A stretch of 64,000 nt of DNA from Myxococcota bacterium. Its GTDB lineage: Bacteria; Myxococcota_A; UBA796; UBA2385. The notes below the pieces were generated by a model. That model did not search any database, was not told where the DNA came from, and saw only the letters and a list, made by a program, of their open reading frames with translations. Below, piece after piece: positions 54,981-63,459 of the stretch (positions are counted from its first letter, which is position 1; every line of letters begins with the position of its first letter). The position numbers and the translations under genes were made by a program. The stretch is taken from NCBI GenBank assembly GCA_044344255.1, contig JBIJDH010000003.1:320001-384000 (forward strand), given 5' to 3'.

Positions 54981-56570
54981 ATGAACCTCCGCTCGATCCA
55001 GGCGCTCGCCCCCGCGATCGTCGCGGCGCTGATCTCCGGCGCCGCACTGATGCTCGTCTCTCCGCCGATCGGCCTCGGCTGGCTCCATTGGTTCAGCTTC
55101 CTCCCGCTCTTCTGGGCGCTGCGCTCTGGCGAGGTCAAACGAAACGCCAAGCTCGGTTACCTCGCCGGATGGGTCGCCGTCTTCCTGCTCTTCTTCTGGC
55201 TCATCGAGACGGTGGTGCGCTTCAGCAACCTGCCCTGGGTGCTGGCGCTGGCCATCCACATCCTCTTCGCCTCGGCCTTCGCCCTGCCGTACGCGGCGGT
55301 GTTCGGGGCGGTGCACTGGTTCCGCGACCGCATCGGCGCGGCCTGGGTCTTCGTGCTGCCCGCCTTGCTCGTCTCGGTGGAGAAGCTCTCGCCGGCGCTC
55401 TTCCCCTACTACCAGGGGGCCGGTCAGTTCCGCTCGCCGGCGATCTGGCAGCTCACGAGCGTCACCGGCGTCATGGGGGTCTCTTACCTCGTCTTCCTCG
55501 TGAACTGTCTGCTCGCTGAGGGGGTCTACCGGCGGCGGGAGGGGCGGGCACAGTCGCCGGCCCTCATCGCCGGTGTGGCCGCCCTGTGGTTCGGGAACCT
55601 CGGCTTCGGTGCCTGGCGACACCATAAGTTGGAGGCTGAGATCGCGGCCGCGCCCACCTTCCAGGCGGCGATTGTCCAGCAGGGCGTCACGATGGAGGAG
55701 CGGATGGCCTCGTCGGTGCTCGCCGGCCTCCGCTCCTGGCTCGACGGGACAAAGGAGGCGCTCGTGCTCAAGCCCGATCTGCTCGTGTGGGCGGAGGGCG
55801 CGATCTTCTTCAACCCCAACGATGAGCAGCCCGTCAACGCGCTCGGCAAGCTGTCACCGCGGGAGTTCTTCGAGCGGCTCTCCCGGACGAACGACGTCGA
55901 TTTCCTTATCGGCGGCGGCACCATCCACCGGGAGGAGACCTCTCCCTACAAGGTGACCGAGGCCTACAACTCGGTCTATCTGTTCACGCGTAAGGGCGAG
56001 CTCAAGGACCGCTACGACAAGATGGTCCCGCTCCCCTTTGGCGAGTACATCCCGCTCTCGGACACCTTTCCCTTCTTGCGCGACCTGATCGAAGGGCCCG
56101 GCGACTTCCACGCCGGCACTCGCCCCACCGTCTTCGACGGCACCACCCGAGACGGAGGGGTCTCCTTCACCTACAGCGTGCCCATCTGCTACGAGGCCAT
56201 CCTCGAGGCGCAGATGTGGGAGATGTTCCGAGGCGAGCGTGAGCAGCCGGTCGACCTCTTCGTCAACATCACCAATGACGGTTGGTTTGGCGACACCACC
56301 GCCCCCCACCAGCACGCGATGCTCGCCGCCGTCCAGGCCACCACCTTCGGGCGGCCGGTGCTGCGGCTCGCGTACACCGGTGTGAGCTTCGTGGTCGACC
56401 CGCACGGCGACATCCACGACGAGACCGAGCCCTTCACCGACGTCGCCGCGGTCGCGACCGTGCGGCTCGGCAAGGCTGACACGCTCTACGTGCGCGGCGG
56501 GTGGGTCTTCCCCTGGCTCTGCCTGCTCGCCACGGCCGCCGCTGGCTTTGTGGCCCGAAGGCGCGCGTGA
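54981..56570 (+). CDS. lnt: Apolipoprotein N-acyltransferase
   Basis: N-terminal TM bundle and nitrilase triad WAEG, YDKMVPLPFGEYIP, ICYE, plus NITNDGWFG. Confidence 0.95.
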   Translation: MNLRSIQALAPAIVAALISGAALMLVSPPIGLGWLHWFSFLPLFWALRSGEVKRNAKLGYLAGWVAVFLLFFWLIETVVRFSNLPWVLALAIHILFASAFALPYAAVFGAVHWFRDRIGAAWVFVLPALLVSVEKLSPALFPYYQGAGQFRSPAIWQLTSVTGVMGVSYLVFLVNCLLAEGVYRRREGRAQSPALIAGVAALWFGNLGFGAWRHHKLEAEIAAAPTFQAAIVQQGVTMEERMASSVLAGLRSWLDGTKEALVLKPDLLVWAEGAIFFNPNDEQPVNALGKLSPREFFERLSRTNDVDFLIGGGTIHREETSPYKVTEAYNSVYLFTRKGELKDRYDKMVPLPFGEYIPLSDTFPFLRDLIEGPGDFHAGTRPTVFDGTTRDGGVSFTYSVPICYEAILEAQMWEMFRGEREQPVDLFVNITNDGWFGDTTAPHQHAMLAAVQATTFGRPVLRLAYTGVSFVVDPHGDIHDETEPFTDVAAVATVRLGKADTLYVRGGWVFPWLCLLATAAAGFVARRRA

Positions 56571-57190
56571 TCCGCCTCCAGGACGAAGAGATCGAGGCCC
56601 TGGGCCAGGGCCGGCCGGTGATCCGCGACGGGGTGCTCGGCGACGAGGCGGCGGGGGTGCGGCGGGCCATCGTGGCGCTCGCCGAAACAGGGGGGCTCCG
56701 ACCGGCCACGCTGAGCCGGCGCGCGGTGCTCGATCCGGAGCAGCGGGGAGATCTCATCGCCTGGCTCGGGGCCTCTGCCGCCCCCGCCGGCCTGGAGGGG
56801 CTCTGGCGGCGCTTCGAGGCGCTCCGCCTCGGCCTCAACGAGGACGCCTGGCTCGGCCTCTCCCGCTTCGAGGTGCAGGTGGCCTGCTACCCGGGCGGCG
56901 GCGCTCGGTATGTCCGCCACCTCGACGCCTTCCCCGGCCAGTCCAACCGCAAGCTCACCGCGCTCCTCTACCTGAACCCGGGCTGGGCGCCGGGGGATGG
57001 GGGTGAGCTGCGGGTCTGGCTCCCCGAGGGCCGCAAAGACGTCGAGCCGATCATGGATCGGCTCGTCCTCTTCCTCAGTGACCGGCTCGAACATGAGGTC
57101 CTGCCGAGCCACGCCCTGCGCTACACCGTCACCGCCTGGATGCGGGGGAGGGAAGACATCCCCCTCCTCTGCGATCCGGGCGGTGACTGA
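56567..57190 (+). CDS. 2OG-Fe(II) oxygenase, prolyl-hydroxylase (EGLN/PHD)-like
   Basis: ACYPG...YVRHLD, RKLTALLYLN, GGELR, HEVLP, RYTVTAW. GTGA overlap with lnt. Confidence 0.9.
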   Translation: MIRLQDEEIEALGQGRPVIRDGVLGDEAAGVRRAIVALAETGGLRPATLSRRAVLDPEQRGDLIAWLGASAAPAGLEGLWRRFEALRLGLNEDAWLGLSRFEVQVACYPGGGARYVRHLDAFPGQSNRKLTALLYLNPGWAPGDGGELRVWLPEGRKDVEPIMDRLVLFLSDRLEHEVLPSHALRYTVTAWMRGREDIPLLCDPGGD

Positions 57191-57196
57191 GCGGCC

Positions 57197-58522
57197 TTAC
57201 TCGCAGCTGCCGGGGCCGAAGGTGCCGACCTCCCACCAGTCGTACGAAGACATGGACTGGCTGGCGGTGATGTCGCACATCTTGCCGGTGGTGTCGTCGT
57301 AGTAGATCACGCGCATGGTGGCGAGGGTGTCGCCGTTGCCGTGGTCGCTGTAGTAGTGCACGCGCACGCCGTAGAGGTTGCCCCAGGTGGAGGTCTTCGT
57401 GGTGAAGGTCTCCGGACCGAAACCATCGACGTCATCGATGTCGAGGTCACCCCAGCTCTGGCTGAGGCTGTAGTAGGCGACCTCCTCGGTGCCCGAGTAG
57501 ATGTGGGTGTCGACGTCGGTGTCGTCCTTGTCCCAGGTGAGGATGGTCAGCATCTCCTGGGCGGGCGGCTCCTCGCGGTCACAGAAGCTGATGGTGTAGC
57601 TCTCGTTGACGCCGTCGAGGGTCTCGTCGAGGTCGAGCTGGACCACCGCGTAGCCACCGGTGAGGCTGATGGCCTGATCGATCTCGCCGTCCACGATGGG
57701 GGTGGCGATGGTGCGGTAGGTGGCGGAGTCACCGGACCCGAACTGGATGCGGATGTAGGCCTCGGTGGCCGAGGTGTTGACCGCGGTGCCGTGCACCTGG
57801 AGCACGCTCGGGAAGCTCGCCCCGCAGGTGACGTCGGCCTCGACGCTGGCCCCGCTGGCGTCACCGTAGACGGGCGAGCCGCTCTTGTCGGTGATGGTGT
57901 AGGAGACCCAGGCGGCCACGGGATCGTCACCGGCCGGGATGTCGCCACCGTCCTCGACGGGGGGCTCCTCATCGACCTCCTCCGGGGTCTCCTCGACGGT
58001 GGAGGGGGCGGCGCAGGAGAGGCGGACGGTGCGGGGGAGATCGACGGTCGCGTCGGTGATCGCGCTCGCGAGGGTGATCGCGCTCTCCGAGGTCACGACC
58101 TTGGTGTCCTCGTCATAGCCGAGCACGTCGGTGGAGCAGGCGACGGCGCCGTCATCGCCGGTGGCGACGAGCACGTAGGCGAGGTCAAGCGGAGCGCCGC
58201 TGATGGTGATGTCGCCGCCGCTGACCGTCACCTCCAGGGGAGAGCCGTCGTCCTGGGTGACCGGGGTGTCGAGCTTGGAGGTGATCACGCGCCCGTAACA
58301 GTCGCCACCACCGCCGTCCGAGCAGTAGCTGGTGTCGAAGGCGTCCTGGTTGTCCGTGTAGGAATAGAGCTTGAAGGAGTAGGCGGCGGGCTCGTCGCCG
58401 TCGACCTTGAGGGTGCCGACAATGTCGATGCCATCTCCCAGCTTGTCACCGAGACCGCAGCCGGTCGCGAAGAGGAGGGCGGCGAGCACCATTTGAGGGG
58501 AGCGAGCGCGAAGACTTGACAT
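57197..58522 (-). CDS. Acidic lipoprotein with a C-terminal YfaP/DUF2135-like domain
   Basis: ATGC lipobox and LTWDKDDTDVDTH...LDIDDVDGFGPE...YGVRVHYY. Alternative TTG start at 58531. Confidence 0.82.
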   Translation of the reverse strand: MSSLRARSPQMVLAALLFATGCGLGDKLGDGIDIVGTLKVDGDEPAAYSFKLYSYTDNQDAFDTSYCSDGGGGDCYGRVITSKLDTPVTQDDGSPLEVTVSGGDITISGAPLDLAYVLVATGDDGAVACSTDVLGYDEDTKVVTSESAITLASAITDATVDLPRTVRLSCAAPSTVEETPEEVDEEPPVEDGGDIPAGDDPVAAWVSYTITDKSGSPVYGDASGASVEADVTCGASFPSVLQVHGTAVNTSATEAYIRIQFGSGDSATYRTIATPIVDGEIDQAISLTGGYAVVQLDLDETLDGVNESYTISFCDREEPPAQEMLTILTWDKDDTDVDTHIYSGTEEVAYYSLSQSWGDLDIDDVDGFGPETFTTKTSTWGNLYGVRVHYYSDHGNGDTLATMRVIYYDDTTGKMCDITASQSMSSYDWWEVGTFGPGSCE

Positions 58523-58567
58523 TTTGGTCAACCTCGTTTCTGGGGGTGGGTCTCAGGGTCTCATTCA

Positions 58568-58593
58568 TTCGGAGTCTTAGGCAGGTCGTGACG
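58568..58593 (-). promoter_or_regulatory. Putative ECF-type promoter facing the YfaP-like lipoprotein
   Basis: Minus strand reads CGTCACG-N15-CGAA, mirroring the plus-strand element. Confidence 0.4.
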
Positions 58594-58673
58594 CACAGCC
58601 CTACATCCCCATTCGGATACCCGCAAGGAATGGGTGACCACCCGACCCTTTTGCGGGTGATGTTGATGCGCCC

Positions 58674-58700
58674 TGTCACACGGTGGGGCGTCGGGGCGTA
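58674..58700 (+). promoter_or_regulatory. Putative autoregulatory ECF promoter
   Basis: TGTCACA-N16-CGTA, 86 bp upstream of the ECF sigma gene. One mismatch to the TGTCACA-N16-CGTC ECF promoter type. Confidence 0.55.
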
Positions 58701-58786
58701 ACAGGGGGCAGGTAGCCGAGCGCTGCCTCTCGCCTGGCTCCGAACCTGGGCCCGCTCGCCCGCTTCCCCAGCCTGGTCTCGGCAAC

Positions 58787-59353
58787 TTGGTCTCGAAGCC
58801 GGTCTCCACCCCTGCCGCCCCGGTCGGACCCTCCGACGAGGAGCTCATGTTGCGCGTTCAAGAGGGCGATCATGCGGCCTACCGCGCGCTCTTCGAGCGA
58901 CACCACGGGCGGGTGTACGGCTTCCTCTTACGAAAGACGCGGGATCCCCAGGCCGCCGCCGATCTCTACCAGGAGAGCTTGCTGCGGGTGTATCGGTCGC
59001 GCGCCCGCTACACGCCGGGGCGCCCTTTCCGGCCTTGGCTCTTCGGGATCGCCCTCAACGCGGCGAGAGATCGAGCTCGGCAGCTCCAACGTGTCGCCGG
59101 GGAGGGATGGCCGTCGGGGGAGGTCGCCTCCGGGGAGGGGCCGGGCACCTCCCACCCCGACACCCGCATCCACCTCGAAGCGGCGATCGCGGCGATGCCC
59201 GAGAACCTGCGCGACGCCTTCCTCCTCGGCGTGGTGGAGGGCTTCGATCACAACGAGGTGGCGGCCCTGCTCGACATCGAGGCGAGCAACGCGCGGGCGA
59301 GGATCAGCCGGGGCCGGGCGTGGCTTCGGGACTGGCTCGGGGGGAGCGCCTGA
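58787..59353 (+). CDS. ECF RNA polymerase sigma factor
   Basis: SDEELM...GDHAAY..LFERH, AADLYQE, FRPWLFGIALNAARD and a region 4 HTH. Confidence 0.92.
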   Translation: MVSKPVSTPAAPVGPSDEELMLRVQEGDHAAYRALFERHHGRVYGFLLRKTRDPQAAADLYQESLLRVYRSRARYTPGRPFRPWLFGIALNAARDRARQLQRVAGEGWPSGEVASGEGPGTSHPDTRIHLEAAIAAMPENLRDAFLLGVVEGFDHNEVAALLDIEASNARARISRGRAWLRDWLGGSA

Positions 59354-60147
59354 TGTCCGAGGCCGTCGGCTGCGCACACTGTCGAGCGGCGCTCTCGGGC
59401 GAGGCGCCGCCCTCTCCGGTCGCGGAGGCCCACCTCACCGGTTGCGTGGACTGTCAGGCCTACGAGGCGGAGCTCGGCGCGATTGAGCAGCTCTTTCGCG
59501 AGCTCGCACCGCCGGCCCCGCCGGCGCCGTTGGTCGAGTCGCTGCGGGCGAAGGTCGAGGCCGAGCTCAGGGCGGCGCCGCGGCCCGAGTCACGGGTGGT
59601 GGTGCGGCGGTGGTGGGTCGCCGCTGGCGGGGTCGCGGCGGCGGCGGTCCTGGCGACTGTGGTCTGGCCGACCCATGAGGCGCCCCCGGTCCTCATCGAG
59701 CGGGGGGTGGGCGGCGGCCGCCCGGAGCTGGGCCTCAAGGTCGCGGTCCGTGGCCCCGAAGGGGGAGTGGAGCGGCTCTCGCGGGACGCGGAGTACCACC
59801 CCGGAGACACCCTGTACTTTCGGGCGACCCTCGATCGCGGGACGTGGGTCGGCCTGCTCCGAGTGGACAGCCGCTCGACCGACCTCGTCCACGAGGCGAC
59901 GGTCGCCGCGGGCGAGTCCGATCTGGTCCGCGGCGAGGGTCCGCTCGCCTGGCGCATCGAGCCCGGCGAGGAGAGCGCCGTGTTCCTGCTCGTCGCTGGC
60001 GACGAGCCATGGCGCGAGTCCGTCCTCGATGGGGCGTTGCCGGTCGGCCCCGACGGCGCTCGGCCGCTCGATCCGATCGTCCTGTGCGGCGCCCTCGACG
60101 CGCTCGGCGTACAATGTGCCGCCGTCCGCGTTCGGGTGTCGCCATGA
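59353..60147 (+). CDS. Zinc-binding anti-sigma factor with a TM helix and a periplasmic DUF4384-like domain
   Basis: HLTGCVDC (HxxxCxxC), TM WWVAAGGVAAAAVLATVVW, YHPGDTLYF. TGATG overlap with the sigma gene. Confidence 0.85.
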   Translation: MSEAVGCAHCRAALSGEAPPSPVAEAHLTGCVDCQAYEAELGAIEQLFRELAPPAPPAPLVESLRAKVEAELRAAPRPESRVVVRRWWVAAGGVAAAAVLATVVWPTHEAPPVLIERGVGGGRPELGLKVAVRGPEGGVERLSRDAEYHPGDTLYFRATLDRGTWVGLLRVDSRSTDLVHEATVAAGESDLVRGEGPLAWRIEPGEESAVFLLVAGDEPWRESVLDGALPVGPDGARPLDPIVLCGALDALGVQCAAVRVRVSP

Positions 60148-61802
60148 CCGTCGCCTGGCCCCTCCTGGTCGCCGTCGCCCACGCTGGGGTCGTCTCTGGA
60201 GTCGCCCGTGACCTCGACGCGGCCTATGCGCCGCGACGGGTCGCCGTGGTCGTGGGCGTGCAGGACTACGCGGACCCTGCGCTGCAGGGGCTCCGTTTCC
60301 CCACGAAGGACGCGCTCGACCTCGGGCGTGTCCTGCAAGACCCCGCCGTGGGGGCCTTTGACCGCGTCTTCGTCATCGAGGGGCAGCAGGCGACCACCGC
60401 CGAGGGCATCCGGCGGGCGATCGCCATAGCGACGGCGGACCTGCAGCGGGATGACACCTTCCTCCTCTACCTGTCCGGGCACGGCACGCTCAGCCTCGAC
60501 GCCCGCGAGGGGAGCCGCCTCTGGTTCCTCCCCAGCGATGGCCTCCTCGATGATCCCGATCACACCGGCATCTCCATCGCCTCCCTCGAGGAGCAGCTGG
60601 GAGAGCTCGTCGCGCGTCGTCGGGTCCTCATCCTCGACACCTGCCACAACGGCCGGATGGCCGGCGGTCGGCCGGAGGCGGGGCGGGCGGGCTCGGGCGG
60701 CCTGGTCGGTCGGGCGGCCTTGAACAGCGCCACGGCGCAGCTCGTCGCCGGGCTGCGGGGGGAGCCCCCGGCGCCGCGGGCGCTGCGCGAGGTCGCCGAG
60801 AGCGAGGCGCGGCTCTTCGCCGCCCAGGTCCACCAGCCGGCCATGGAGGACCCCGCCCTCGAGAACGGCGTCTACACGCACTACCTCATCGAGGCTCTCA
60901 CCGGGGAGCGGGGCAGCGCGGACCTCGACCGCGACGGCCTCGTCGACGTGACCGAGGCCCATGACTGGGCCCGCGACCACACCATCACCCGCACGGCGGG
61001 GATCCAGGTCCCCCGGGCGGAGTACCGGATCGTGGGTCGGGAGGAGATATACCTCTCGGGCGATCCCCAGCGGCGTTCCCGCGCCGAGCAGGCCCTGTTG
61101 GCCGCCTGCGATGAGCTCCTCGCCGGCGCGAAGCTGCTCGTGGACGGCATCCCCCGCGGCGCGGTCATGGGCCTCACCCCCGTCGAGCCGGGGCGCCATC
61201 TGATCGAGCTCCAAGACGCCGATGGCCGCAGCATCGCGCGCGGACGGGTCGATCTGGAGGCCGGCAACACCTGGTCGGTGGAGAACCTGCTGCGGGACGA
61301 TCGGGCCGCGCGGCCCTATGTCGCGCTCGGCGCGATGGTCCGCCACGGGGAGGGAGAGGGGGCCTTCCACCCCTACTCAGGGGAGCTGGAGCTGGGCCTG
61401 CTGGATCCCTCCGCGGGCGCCCGCTGGGGCTCGGGTGTCCACCTCCGCGTCTCGGGCATGGAGGGGCCCATCGCCGAGCAGCCCATCGCGGCGAAGGCGG
61501 GGCTGCCGGTCTTCACGGGGGAGCTCGGCCTCGGCGGCATGGTCGGCTGGCGCTGGGGCGGCCTGCACCTCGGCCCGGAGGCCGAGCTGCTCGTCCCTGT
61601 GCGCGCCTTCACGAATGAGACAGGCGCCCATCGGCAAGCGACCCTCACTGGCGCCCTCGGGGCCCGCGCCGCCTGGGTCCTGCCCGTGGGGGAGCGCGGT
61701 CTGCTGGTCCGCTACGACGCTCGTTACGCCCCCTTCGAGCACGACACGAGCTGGACCAGCCTGTGGCACCATGGTCTGGCGGTGGGCATCGCCGCCCGCT
61801 GA
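60144..61802 (+). CDS. Exported caspase-family (C14) peptidase with EF-hand, PEGA-like and C-terminal beta-barrel-like domains
   Basis: Signal peptide ending AVAHA, VAVVVGVQDY, catalytic SGHG and LDTCH, GVYTHYLIEAL, DLDRDGLVDVTE, LLVDG...VEPGRH, amphipathic C-terminal strands. ATGA overlap. Confidence 0.9.
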   Translation: MTVAWPLLVAVAHAGVVSGVARDLDAAYAPRRVAVVVGVQDYADPALQGLRFPTKDALDLGRVLQDPAVGAFDRVFVIEGQQATTAEGIRRAIAIATADLQRDDTFLLYLSGHGTLSLDAREGSRLWFLPSDGLLDDPDHTGISIASLEEQLGELVARRRVLILDTCHNGRMAGGRPEAGRAGSGGLVGRAALNSATAQLVAGLRGEPPAPRALREVAESEARLFAAQVHQPAMEDPALENGVYTHYLIEALTGERGSADLDRDGLVDVTEAHDWARDHTITRTAGIQVPRAEYRIVGREEIYLSGDPQRRSRAEQALLAACDELLAGAKLLVDGIPRGAVMGLTPVEPGRHLIELQDADGRSIARGRVDLEAGNTWSVENLLRDDRAARPYVALGAMVRHGEGEGAFHPYSGELELGLLDPSAGARWGSGVHLRVSGMEGPIAEQPIAAKAGLPVFTGELGLGGMVGWRWGGLHLGPEAELLVPVRAFTNETGAHRQATLTGALGARAAWVLPVGERGLLVRYDARYAPFEHDTSWTSLWHHGLAVGIAAR

Positions 61803-61817
61803 CGCCTCGAGGGTCCC

Positions 61818-63428
61818 CTGCGCCAGATCGCGCCGCATCATCTCCGCTCCCCGCGAGGGTCTGGTCGCCTCACTCGGCCCGGCCTGCTTGGGGTCGGCCT
61901 GTTTCTGGTCGGCCTGTGCGGCGCCTGTGAGCCCCTCCTCTCCGCGCGGGGCACTGGCGGCGGCGACGACCGCCTCGCAGGCGAGGGTCTGTTGGTCATC
62001 AGCCCGGCGGAGCTCGACTTCGGCGCCTTGTCGGTGGCGGCAGACGGGCCGGGTGTGCGGAGCTTCACCGTCACGAACGCGGGCGGCTCCAGCCTCACCG
62101 TGCACGGCCACGACGAGGTGATCGACCTCACGGACGGGGCCAGCGAGGTCTTTACGGTGGACGCAGAGCCGTACTTTGAGCTCGAGCCCGGGGAAGCTCG
62201 CCGCCTCGACGTGACCTTCACGGCGCCGACCGAGGGGAGCTGGGCGGGGCAGCTCCGCGTCAACTACGGGGTGGAGACGGTGGAGCTCAGCGGCAGCGGG
62301 CGCGCGCCGGTGCTGAGCGTGGGGGCGGTCCAGGTGCCGACGACGCCGATCGGCTGCACCGCCGCCTTCACCCTGGCCTTGGAGGGCGTCGGCTCGGAGC
62401 CCCTGACGGTGACCGACCTTGCGCTCGCCGACGATGGCGACTTCAGCCTGCTGAGCGACTCGATCGAGGCGCCCCTCTCCTTGCTCTTCCACCCCGCCTG
62501 GTCGAGCGCGGGGGGAGGGGCCCGAGAGACGACGCTCAGCTTCTTCACGAACGATCCGCTGCGGCCCCGGGTGACGGTCCCCCTCCGGGGCTTCAGCTAT
62601 GAGGGGGAGATGGTGGAGGAGCGCTTTGTCTACGCGCCGGGGGTGTCGGTCGATCTGCTCGTGCTGGCCGACACGGATGGGGTGATGGGCGCCTACCTCG
62701 ACGAAGGGCAGCGGGCGACCGACGCCCTCGCCGCCGCCTACGAGGCCGCGGCCGCGGACGTGCACCTCGCGGTCAGCACCGGCCTGTCGAGCTGTCCCCC
62801 GGACCGCACCGACAGCCTCGCGGACCTCTCGAGCACGCTCGAGCGGGGCCTCGAGGGGGCCGCCGGTCCGGGGGGCGGCGCGCTCCTCGCCGCCGCGGCG
62901 GAGAGCCTCGCCAACGACGTGCCCGGCGGCTGCCTCGAGGGTTTCCTCCGCGACAACACACAGCTCCACGTGCTGGTGCTCGCCGGCGGCCCCGATGGGA
63001 GCGGGCTCAGCGCCGAGGCCTCCCTCGCCGCCCTGGTCGATGCGGCGCCGCAGGCGACCGAGGTCGTGGTGAGCGCCTTCATCCCCACCGAGGCCTCGGC
63101 CTGCGGCGGGCTCCAATACGGGGCGGGCTACGCCGAGGCTGCCCTCCGCAGCGGCGGCGTCCTCGAGGACCTCTGCGGCGGCGACTGGAGCGGCCTCTTC
63201 GACGCGGTGGCGCAGGTCACCTCGCGGACGGCGGCCGGCAGCCTCCTCCATCCCCTCCGCGAGCCGCCCCTGCCTGAGTCGATCACGGTGGAGGTGGACG
63301 GCCTCAGCTTCACCGACTGGACCTACGACGAAGCGACCCAGAGCCTCAGCTTCACCGCGGCCGCCGCGCCGGAGGCCGGCGCCATCGTGGAGGTCCACTA
63401 CATGGCGCGGGCGGCCTGCGAGGGGTGA
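61818..63428 (+). CDS. Lipoprotein with two Ig-like (ASH/choice-of-anchor D) domains and a degenerate VWA-like domain; probable non-canonical start
   Basis: ISPAELDFG, FTVTNAGGSSL, VTFTAP, TNDP, VDLLVLAD, GFLRDN, EDLCGGDW. The frame is open upstream of 61992 and encodes GLLGVGLFLVGLCGAC. Confidence 0.78.
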   Translation: MRQIAPHHLRSPRGSGRLTRPGLLGVGLFLVGLCGACEPLLSARGTGGGDDRLAGEGLLVISPAELDFGALSVAADGPGVRSFTVTNAGGSSLTVHGHDEVIDLTDGASEVFTVDAEPYFELEPGEARRLDVTFTAPTEGSWAGQLRVNYGVETVELSGSGRAPVLSVGAVQVPTTPIGCTAAFTLALEGVGSEPLTVTDLALADDGDFSLLSDSIEAPLSLLFHPAWSSAGGGARETTLSFFTNDPLRPRVTVPLRGFSYEGEMVEERFVYAPGVSVDLLVLADTDGVMGAYLDEGQRATDALAAAYEAAAADVHLAVSTGLSSCPPDRTDSLADLSSTLERGLEGAAGPGGGALLAAAAESLANDVPGGCLEGFLRDNTQLHVLVLAGGPDGSGLSAEASLAALVDAAPQATEVVVSAFIPTEASACGGLQYGAGYAEAALRSGGVLEDLCGGDWSGLFDAVAQVTSRTAAGSLLHPLREPPLPESITVEVDGLSFTDWTYDEATQSLSFTAAAAPEAGAIVEVHYMARAACEG

Positions 63429-63459
63429 GGCGAGGGGTGAGGCGGGCCGTGGCCGCGGC

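Noticed and set aside
58587..58663. c-di-GMP-I riboswitch
   Set aside because: Superficial similarity only. It lacks the GNRA tetraloop/receptor and the conserved GGCAAA and GCAAA junction elements.
61800..61802. Selenocysteine readthrough fusing the caspase to the next ORF
   Set aside because: The caspase ends in a typical terminal beta-strand, the next ORF has its own signal peptide, the position is not catalytic, and I see no convincing SECIS.
74..63398. Many long alternative-frame or antisense ORFs (e.g. 74..1099, 10290..11903, 14616..16679, 21378..23495, 29350..31617, 45909..47948, 59460..61370, 61377..63398)
   Set aside because: They shadow motif-bearing genes and have Arg/Pro/Gly/Ala-rich or antisense composition, as expected from stop-codon scarcity at high GC.
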